64,000 nt of DNA from assembly GCF_036321535.1 (NCBI RefSeq), contig NC_087436.1, positions 105,092,001 to 105,156,000 of the forward strand. The letters run 5' to 3'. The DNA is from Camelus dromedarius. Taxonomy: Eukaryota. Shown in pieces: positions 54,909-64,000 of this stretch (position 1 is the stretch's first letter; each line of letters begins with the position of its first letter). The notes beneath the pieces are model-generated. The model saw only the letters and a program-made list of their open reading frames with translations. It had not been told where the DNA came from and searched no databases. A program made the translations under genes and the position numbers.

Positions 54909-55879
54909 TCCTTGTCATTTTTATGTCCCTCATAGTGTCTATTAAATCACTGGTAACAGGTAACTGGTGCTTCATTATTCATTCAACAAACCATCGATCC
55001 AGCAGTGTCCTGGGAAGTAAAGACGAGGACATGTGTCCTGCCCTAAAGGACCCCCCATCCTCATTGGGTGGAGGACAAATGTGTCCACAATACTTATAAC
55101 TCAGAGTGACAATACTTATAACTCAGAGTGACAACTCTTAGCCTGCTCAGGCTCTGAAGGGTCACAGAGGAAGCCTGACATTTGTTGGCTTGAATTATTT
55201 AAAGTTGTGGGGCATGGGTGTCTGGAATGGAAAATTGACCCACCTGTTCACAACGTCTTAAGAATCCATGGATGGATGGATACCTCTTTGTCCCATTGAC
55301 TTGCCTCAATCTAATCCCTGCTTCCAGAGCCCTGCTCTATACAGAGCTTCCTGCATCCACACTCCCCTTGGCTCTCTGGCCATCCATTGTTGAGGACCTT
55401 GATCAAAAGGATCCAAACGTCCAAGCTCACCTCCTTCCCTCACATTCCAGGAGGCGACTGATGGGAAAAAAGCAGAGGGGAGCAGAGAATTGCCAATCTA
55501 GCAGAAATACAAAAAGCTCCAATAACATCCTTGTTGATCTGGGGAGCCTGGTCAAAATTCTAAACAAAGCTCCACCGAATCAACATTACTCCCTCATGTG
55601 CCACGTGGGAACACTGGAGCCATGTCTCAAACACTGGGGACCCAGTTACGGGAGCGCCTCCATCATGGGCCATCCAGTCACCCATGTTTTCAACACATAT
55701 TGATTTATGACTTGCTGTGGGCCAAGCCAGACCTGCCTCTGGGGGGTTCACAGGTGAAGAGCAGTGGTCTAGCAGAAACCAACAAATACAAGCAAACACT
55801 TATGCCTTATGGAAGTCCCTAGAAAGCAGGTGCATGTAACATCAAGGAGACCATCACAGAGGTGCAGAGTCCTCTGACC

Positions 55880-56770
55880 CACGGGGCCAGCACAGAGTCT
55901 AGCACACAGTAGGGATGCAGTAAACACCTGTGGGAGGAAAACTGTAACTGAAACTGGAAAGATGCAAAGGAGGCAGGGGAAGGAGAAGGCATCCCAGGCA
56001 GAGGAAACCATATGTGCAAGGAACAGAGATCAGAGGGGATGTGGCAAGTCAGGAAAACCACAGGGGCTGCAGAGAAGTTTAGGAGAAAGAGGAGTAGGGA
56101 GGTGATGGTTAGCAGGAGGCAGGAGCCGGATCAAGATGCAGCTGGTGTCCCAAAGGTGCTAGAGTCAATGACGAATTTTGAAAAGGGGACATATCGAAAG
56201 GGGGACGCTTCAAGTAAGAAGTGATCAAAAGAATGATCCAAATAAAGGAAGAGCTGAAAAATTCCCAAACATTGGATTTGGAAAGTTGGAGGTGATTTTG
56301 TCGTGCTGGCATCTATGGAGGAGGAAGGAGTGTTTGGAGAGGGGAAAGGCATTGGCAGGGAGAAAGTTAAAGACGATATTTAATACAATAAAGGTGAAAA
56401 GGGGCCAGGTCTGAACCAGCACTGGGGCAATGGGGATGGAGAGGAGGCAGACAGATGGGACGGAGATTTAAGGGGCAGAATTGACACAATTTGGTGGCTA
56501 ACTGCACGTAGGGGAAGGCACAGTCAGGACTGAGGATGAGCCATGGGTTTGGCCATGCAGAGGTCACTGGGATCCTTGACCAGAGCAGTTTCTAGGTAGT
56601 GGTAGGAATGAAGGATAGTTTGGGGTGAGTTCAAGAGAGAAAGGGAGGACCAGAAGTGGAGACTGTTGCTTCCAGGAGTTTGGTGGGAAGGGAGCAGAGG
56701 CACAGGGCAACAGCTGGAGGCTGCTGTGGGTCAAAGCGGGGTCTTTTCTTTAAAGATGGGGAGGTGACAG
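55880..56770 (-). mobile_element. L2 fragment
   Basis: Purine-rich ccaggcagaggaaac...tgtgcaagg; gaggtcactgggatccttgaccagagcagtttc. Confidence 0.75.
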
Positions 56771-57000
56771 CATACAGTACGCTGCTGGGAATTACCCAGG
56801 AAAGGGAGGGAAACTAGAAAAGCAGAAAAGAGAAGACTTCTATAGGGCGAGGCAAGCAGGATTGGCCCAGGGAAGTGCATGAACAGGTCACCTACCACAG
56901 TGGGAGGGGAGGCAGGAAGGACGGGTGTGCTGACACAAGCTTTGCCCAGCCCAGCCCTGGCAGAGGAAACAGGCACAAGCATCCCCCTAAAACAATAATG

Positions 57001-57183
57001 CACCCCCGCGCTGCAGGATGGGTGCCCCCCCAGTGCTGCAGGATGGGTGCCCCCCCCAGTGCTGCAGGATGGGTGCCCCCCCAGTGCTGCAGGATGGGTG
57101 CCCCCGCCATGCTGCAGGATGGGTGCCCCACCCCAGTGCTGCAGGATGGGTGCCCCCACCCCGTGTTGCAGGATGGGTGCCCG
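57001..57183. repeat. GC-rich minisatellite, 7 copies of a 25-27 bp unit
   Basis: Core caggatgggtgcc at 57014, 57039, 57065, 57090, 57115, 57142, 57169 with a variable C-run. Confidence 0.97.
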
Positions 57184-58599
57184 GTTCCTGGTTTTATCAG
57201 CAAAACCCAGGTGTCCTTTTGCTGCTTGGCCAGGTGATGAAAGCCAGGAAGAGAGTCAGTCCTGCTTTACAATCTATTGAGCGGCTTTGGAAAGAACCGT
57301 CGCTGGGTGGTTGTCTGCAGCCAACACTTAGATAAGGTTCCTCTGCTGCTGTTCTGCTAGGCTGGGCGAGGCCAACCTAGAAGAGGGTCAGAGGAGTCAG
57401 GAAGAGTGAGAGCTGAGAGGCTTGTCCTCCACGCAGCTGGACACCCAGGCTCTGCAGTGGTGGACTTGAGTTCGAGTACTCACTGTGCCACCTGTGCGAC
57501 TTCGATGCTGAGCAGCGGTTTCCCAGCGTCCACAATGGGCTTGCCTGCTGCGCCCACCTACCCGCCGCTCAGGGCAGGTGTGCGGATTCCACAGCTAAAG
57601 CAAAGCAAGTTTCAGAGCCAAAGAGTGATGCTGGATAAATGCCAGTCTCCATCCCTTTCCCAAGGAGGTCTGTATTTCTGATGATTCTGAATATCGCTGA
57701 TGGAACTCCAGGCCCAACTGAGCTGGAAGTAGGTTTAATATAAGGCATCTCTTGGAACATAGGAAACAGGAAAGAAGGCAATGAGCGGAACCACTCCCCA
57801 GACTCACCAGAGGGCTCCTAGCAGGCTAAGATCTGCCTGGGCCTCCTACACCCTAACTAACTAGGTTCTCCTAAACGTCTGTGTTCTTTCATACCTCTGG
57901 GCCTTTGCACATGCTGTTCCATCTGCCTAGAAAGCCCTTCCTCTTCTTCTTCATCTGGACACCCCCAACTCACTCTTCAGAACTAAGCCTTCCCGGCCCC
58001 CAGGCGGGTGGGGCTGGGTGTTCCCTCTGCATTCACTGTGAACATTTGCCCATCTCCCCACCAGACCAGGAGCCCTGGGGCCAGGGACTGGATTTCATTG
58101 ATATGTTAGTATTTCCAGTGCCTGGCACCTACAAGACACCCAATACATTTTTATTCATTCATTCAACAAGTATGGACTGAGCGCCTGCTCTCTGCCTGGT
58201 GCACAGACACCATGGTTAACAACAAGTCCAACACCTGCCATCACGAAGCCAGGAGACCAATGATAAAAGAGTTAATCAAATAAGCATATTAGAAGTCAAG
58301 TGCTGAGAAAAACTAAAGCAGGGTAACAGGATGGGGACTGTGTTGGAGAGGGGACGGCTGTGTTACGCAGGATGGGGAGGGAGAGTGGGGAGGTGGGTGA
58401 GCACTCAGCAGAGCCCTGATGCCAGTGAGGATGGACTGCGTGGCTGTTTAGAGGAAGCAGACTGGCTGCATTCACCTTACAGATCTATCATTTATTGCCT
58501 GTGTAATTTTAAGAAATTCTCCTAACTTCTTTGTGCCTCTGTTTCCTCATCTGTAAGATGGGAATCATACCAACTTCAGAACATTGTCAAGAGGTTTGT

Positions 58600-59265
58600 T
58601 TTTTTTTTTAATTGTGACAAAATACACATCAATTACATTTATCATCTTAACTATTTTGAAGCGCCGAGAACTGCTTTCTTTTTTATTTGTGTATTTATTT
58701 TTTTATTTTTTGAGGGGGGAGGTAATTAGGTTTACTTATTTATTTATTTTTAGAAGAGGTACTGGAGTGCTTTCTTTTTTTTTTTTTTGATAGTTGCCAT
58801 CCTCATAGTTGTGAAGTGGTATCTCATTGTGCTTTGGTTTGCATTCCCCTCATGATTAGTGATACTGAGCATCTTTTCATGTGGTTATTGGCCACTTGTG
58901 TATCTTCTTTGGAGATTGTCTTCAAGTCCTTTGCCCATTTTTCAATCGAGTTGTTCGATTTTTTTTTTTTTTTTTTGCTGTTGCTTTGTAGTTCTTTGAA
59001 GTTAACCCTTTATCAGATACGTAATTTGCAAATATTTTTTCCTGTTCCATGAGTTGCCTGTTCAGTATGATTGTGTCCTTTGACACACAGAAATTTTTAA
59101 TTTTGATGTAGTTCAATATTTCTATTTTTTCTTTCATTGCCTGTGCTTTTGGTGTCATATCCAAGAAATCATTGCCAAATTCAATGTCGTAAATGTTTCC
59201 TCTATGTTTCCTTCTGAGAGGTTTGCAGTTTTAGCTCTCAGGTGTAGGTCTCTGATCTATATATG
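58600..59265 (-). mobile_element. L1M fragment with a 5'-truncated camelid SINE (about 58676-58768, -)
   Basis: Reverse strand DMTPKAQAMKEKI..IKIKNFC (L1 ORF2); SINE tail ggggggaggtaattaggtttacttatttattta...gaggtactgg. Confidence 0.85.
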
Positions 59266-61723
59266 CAGTTATTCATCTCACACAATTTTCTGTATGATGT
59301 TATTTTCCCTTTAGGAGATCGGGTCTGCATCGCCCAGAATGTCTAGAACAGTGCGGGAAACGGAGAAGGTGCCCAGTAAAGGAAGGTGCTGATGACAGCA
59401 GTGACTATTGGCCAGAAGCCTTCCTGTCTGAAACCACCCCCCACCCCCATGCGAGGACTAGACAAACACACCCCCTTCACATCAAACCAGCCCACCCCCA
59501 AAAGTTTTTAAACCAGAGTTTCCTCTCTCAATTAATTAAAAGGCTGGGCCAGGAAGGAAGTCAAAGTCAGCTCGAGACCACTGGGTGGGCTGGCTTTTTG
59601 AGCATCTTCAGAACCACATGGGAGTTTACCATGAGGGATGTGCTTTGGTGTGTAAATGGACCAAACAGTCCCTGGGTCACCAAGCTTGCTGCTGCCATCG
59701 CTGACCAGCGGCTAGTTATGTAGCCCATCAGACCCCCACTCAGTCTCCGGCTCTGGGCAGAAACAGCCGCTCGACCTCGGCAAGAGGGATAAGGCAGAAG
59801 GGTGGTGAGCATGAGCAGACAGACACACTCCCACAAGGGAGCAAACTCACAGTAATCTTTTGGGGCAAAGCAGGAAGCCTCAGCCTCCAGACACATCAAA
59901 GAGGAAATGGCAGTCTAAAAATTGGACCTGGGAGGAGGAAGGGGGGACCAAGAGAGAGATTAGACTAAAACATCAAAAGAGAAAAGTTACACACCAGTGC
60001 AGCCCAGCCAACTGCCGGGACCCACTCCTGCGCTTTGGTTATCAAGGGAGGAACTCAAAGGAACACAGAGTCCACTCAGTCAATCACATGCAGGGCCATT
60101 ACTGTTCACATAGCGTCCACTCTGCTACCAGAGTCAGGCATGTCCTAGGCCGACGGGGACTCAGAGACAAAAAGCAGCTGTCACACTCCACAAAGATTTT
60201 AAAGAGCCTATGTGATCATGAGTTCTCAGTCTCCTCGCCAATCTCCCATCACCATGGCAACCAAATCACCTGACAGAAGGGGGCAGAAGGGGGGATTCCA
60301 TCTCATCCAGTGGCCTTGTCCATTGGTGGTACAAGATTTTACCACCATCAGTTATGCTGCACTGCATTTGGAAGATCTCCAAGCACCTGCACGTGTATGC
60401 CTGTCTATTCACACCCACGGGGTTCCAGAAAGAGCAACGGTGTTCTAAAGCAGTCTGCTTACTACCAACCAACGACCCTGAGGAACTCTGGCAAAGAACA
60501 AAGGAAGAGGTTGAAAAGCAACCTGGATATAGTCCTGTCCCTGCGGTTTTATTTACAAATCAAATTTTACAGTAGATCACCTTTGATGAACTTACTACCA
60601 TTTCTCAACAATAATGAGCGGGAATTCAGTAACTCTTGACTCCCCCTTGCAAACACTGGAAACACTAACTCTGGACTGGAAGCGAGCCCAGAGCCAGGCT
60701 GGCCGCACGCATCCTCGACTGCGTGTTCGCCCACTGCCCTCCTCCCACTACTGAAAGCGGTTCACCCCAGGTGTCTAATAACCAGATGAAGATTAGGGCT
60801 ATGACAATCAGGCTTCAGTTTCCTCATCTACAAGAGGGAAACAAATAGCATGACCTCAAAGAGTTTTGGGAGCAGAACCTGAGCTTTTATGGACACAGCT
60901 TTCATCTGTTAGCTGCCACCACGAGTATCAATACATATTCAGGTGGTCCCCCCAACCCCGCCCCATACACACCCCCACACGGCAAGACTTCCCCAGAGAA
61001 AAACAACCATCCACTCCCTGGAGTGCCTTAAGGTCATGATCTGGATGTCCCACACTTCCCCCTGGAAGGAAAGGACAGAGGGGGCGGGGGAAAGAGAGGA
61101 GGAAGGGAAATGATTCATTCTGGGAGCCCAGGAAGTCACCTCCTCCCTCCCTCACTACATTATTTCCTTGCCTCCTGATGGCAACTCAGGTGATCATGTT
61201 TTATGTTTCATTTTTCCCACTTAACAATGAGAAACTCAAGTAAACCCGAAGTCTAGAAAGTTTAAGTGGCCCAAGGTCACAGAGTTTGTGTGATCTGGAC
61301 AAAGCCGGGGACCCAGCAGAGCTCTGAACCAGGACCTGTCTTTCCAGAGACCTCCAGTGCCTTGGGGATCAGTGAGAATAAACGGGGTGGGGTGGGGGCT
61401 GAATCAGCTTCTAAGAACATTCTAAGTCACCTTCCCTATGTCTTCCCCTTTCACTCTTTGGGTGCCCCGGTCCCCCAGAGCTGACACCTGAAACTCCAGG
61501 TCCTGCTTTTACCCAATGGTCATGGGGAAGGACTTCCATCAGCGGTAAAGCATTCGAATCTGTGAATAGTTACTCGGGTCTTTTTCTAAAAGCCACGTCT
61601 TAATGCTATGCTCATAAAGTGCTATTTTATGGGACTTAAGACTATTTGCTCCCCATTTGTGATTGAAGAGAAGATCCTTAGATGTGTACACATCCCAAGG
61701 AGAAGCACCAATAGGATCCCCTC

Positions 61724-62170
61724 TGTTAAAAGCTAAACTGTATTCATCCCCCAAAAAAGATACGCAGGAGTTCTAAGCCCTCGTCAGGGCCTGAGAATGC
61801 GACCTTATTTGGAAACAGGGTTGTTGCAGAGAAGTTCCGATGAGGTCCTACTGGAGCAGGCTGGGCACTAAATCCAACATGACCCTTTGGTTAAAGGAAG
61901 AGAGAGACGCCCAGGAGGAGGACGGCCGTGTGACGACAGAGACAGAGGTTGGAGAGAGGCGTCAGTAAGCACAGGGACTCCGAAGATTGCCAGCCAACTC
62001 CAGGAGCGAGAAGAGGCAAGGTTCTGCCCTGGAACCTTAGGAGAGAGCCTGGCCCCGCTGACACCTTCATTTTGGACCTCTAGCCTCAGAACTGTGAGAG
62101 GCTACATTTCTGTGATAGAGCCACTTTGTTTGTGGTACGCTGTTACAAGAGCCCCAAGAAATGCCCTGCA
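61724..62170 (+). mobile_element. MaLR MLT1 solo LTR
   Basis: gaccttatttggaaacagggt...tggacctctagcctcagaactgtgagag. Confidence 0.85.
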
Positions 62171-62919
62171 TCGGTCAGCAGCCTGTCCACACGGCCACTT
62201 GGGCCAGGCCACAGCCACCGCAGTTCCGGGAAACTCCCGGCCCCACCTCCGGCCGCCTCACCCACATCCCACCGCAGCTCTGAGTTCTGCAGCGCCTCCC
62301 ACGGCTCTGCCTGGAGGGGCAGCTCCCAGCCCCCCCCCCCCCCCCCCCCGCCAGAGACCTGGCCCTGTACCCGGGGGAGCCACACCAGAATCACTCCATC
62401 AGAAACATTCTCTCTCCAGCTGTGGTACCCCAGATCAGACCCACTGCAGACAACTGTATAAAATGCCCAATAAATTGACTCAGTATCTGGGGCCCAGAAA
62501 TCTGAGTATTTAACAAACACCTTGCGGGCCTCTGAGGTACAGAAAGTTTGAGAAAGAATGGGTTCATAAATATTTTCTGAAGGAGCCCATCTGCCTCCCC
62601 AGAAGATACCCTGAGACCCTGTCAGCCAGGTGTCTGCCTGCAGAGAATGTGGTAAAGGAGAAAAGGGCCCCGAAGCGGGCCATCTCAGGCCTGGGGAGGG
62701 AGCAAAAGGGCAAAGGTAATGGGTGAAATGGAAACAATTTCAGAGGGTGGCCAGCAGGCCCTCAGGGCAAGAGGGTGTGAAAGTCAGCAAGAGACAGCAG
62801 AGAAAACTGGTTCAGAGAGCACATATGAGGTAAGATGGAGCAGACCTGCCTGGGGAGGAACGGACGCTGGAGTTACTACGAGGCCTCGCCATGCCCCGGG
62901 AAGAAGGGTGGAGCGCAGC

Positions 62920-63430
62920 CAGAGGAACTGCCTGCAGCTTCAGCTCCAGCCTTACCAGCTGTGCCACCCTGGGTACGCCCTGTCCCTCTCTGGGCCTGCA
63001 TTTCCTTATCTGTAAAAAGGAGGTGATAATGGTGTCTGTGCTTCCTACTTCGCAGAGCACCAAGTGAGATGAGGGATATGAAATAATAAAGGGCTTTGGC
63101 AACTATAAGACTAGAGAGGTAATAATGGAGATGGTGGAGGTGTTTTTATCAGCGCCTGAACATAACCAGAGACCTGGGGAAACCAGAGGCCAAAAGGCCA
63201 CTGGGGATATGGTCACGGGCATAGACTCTACAGCCAGACCGTGGTTTCCATCACAGTGTCTCTACATACTGGCTGTGTGTTCTCAGGCAAGTTAGTCAAC
63301 CTCTCTGTGCCTTTGTTCCTTCTGTAAAATGCTGCTAACATAGTTCTTACTTCATAGGATTACTATGAGAATTAAATGGGTTACTCTGGATAAAGTACTT
63401 AGGGTCTGATGCACAGTGAATGTTTGTTAA
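62920..63430 (+). mobile_element. Two tandem MIR SINEs (about 62920-63110 and 63200-63430)
   Basis: ctctctgggcctgcatttccttatctgtaaaa and aacctctctgtgcctttgttccttctgtaaaatg cores. Confidence 0.8.
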
Positions 63431-63602
63431 AATATCTTGTTGGGCAGAGAAGCCTATTGGTCAAGGAAGCCGTGCCAGGCTGGGTTGGGGCCGGCTGGGT
63501 GGGGGGAGGGGGTCCCAGGAGGAGAAATAAGCCAACATTTGCAGCTCTTCCTGTATATTCCTCTACCTCTCAACTCCGTGCTCAATAAACTGCTCCAGTT
63601 TG

Positions 63603-63634
63603 TGCTGTTACTGTGGCTGTCCACTGGAGGGAGC
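63603..63634 (+). promoter_or_regulatory. Candidate CTCF site with upstream motif
   Basis: Core CCACTGGAGGGAGC (63621-63634) preceded by TGCTGTTAC (63603-63611), in unique sequence. Confidence 0.5.
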
Positions 63635-64000
63635 CACTTCCTCCTCTCCCGTCCCCTCAACACACACTGGCTGCTTAGGAAAACCCTCATCTTTCTTCCA
63701 CAAGGCTTTGATCTTTCTAATACAGTGTTCATTAAGAAACCAAGTCATCTATGTGATTACACAAGTTCGAACCAATTTTACAAAGTGTGGGGCTTCACCT
63801 TGCCCAGATGCCACAATGAATCAAACAGCTACCCAGCCAAGAGGCTGCTGACAGGTGAGGCACCGTGTGTCCTCGTGTTCTCCCAGAGTCCCAGCCCTTT
63901 CCTTCCACTGCCCTCTCTGGTGACCTTGACTGACCCCTACTCCGGGAGCAGAAGATAGAATCTGGGTACTCCACGCACCCCTGACCCCCTCACTATCTCT

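Noticed and set aside
57001..57183. CRISPR-like repeat array
   Set aside because: No unique spacers, eukaryotic context and no cas genes; it is a head-to-tail minisatellite.
61887..62513. Longest ORF (208 aa)
   Set aside because: Built from an MLT1 LTR, a poly-C run and a MER5-like element.

Overview
Mammalian genomic DNA, very probably camelid: it carries four copies of a tRNA-Ala-derived SINE of the camelid vic-1 type. The window is dominated by interspersed repeats (L1, L2, CR1/L3, MIR, MaLR/ERV LTRs, hAT DNA transposons) and I see no intact protein-coding gene; the supplied ORFs are repeat-derived, antisense shadows or chance. The main hidden signal is a chain of repeat-free, AG/GT-bounded segments on the + strand (344-517, 2965-3220, 3515-3584, 5461-5595, 6305-6392, 19739-19889, 22103-23144). 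Read through stops and frameshifts, they give protein-kinase subdomains in the correct order, closest to my recollection of the TEX14 pseudokinase domain, followed by a 1 kb low-complexity exon. I interpret this as an old, intron-containing (non-processed) relic of a TEX14-like paralogue whose 5' end lies upstream of the window. Also notable: a full-length hAT Charlie5-like transposon split by a solo ERV LTR, a probable ancient L1 3' transduction bounded by a 29 bp duplication, a GC-rich minisatellite and a good CTCF motif. All family names and protein comparisons are from memory, not from database searches, and repeat boundaries are approximate.
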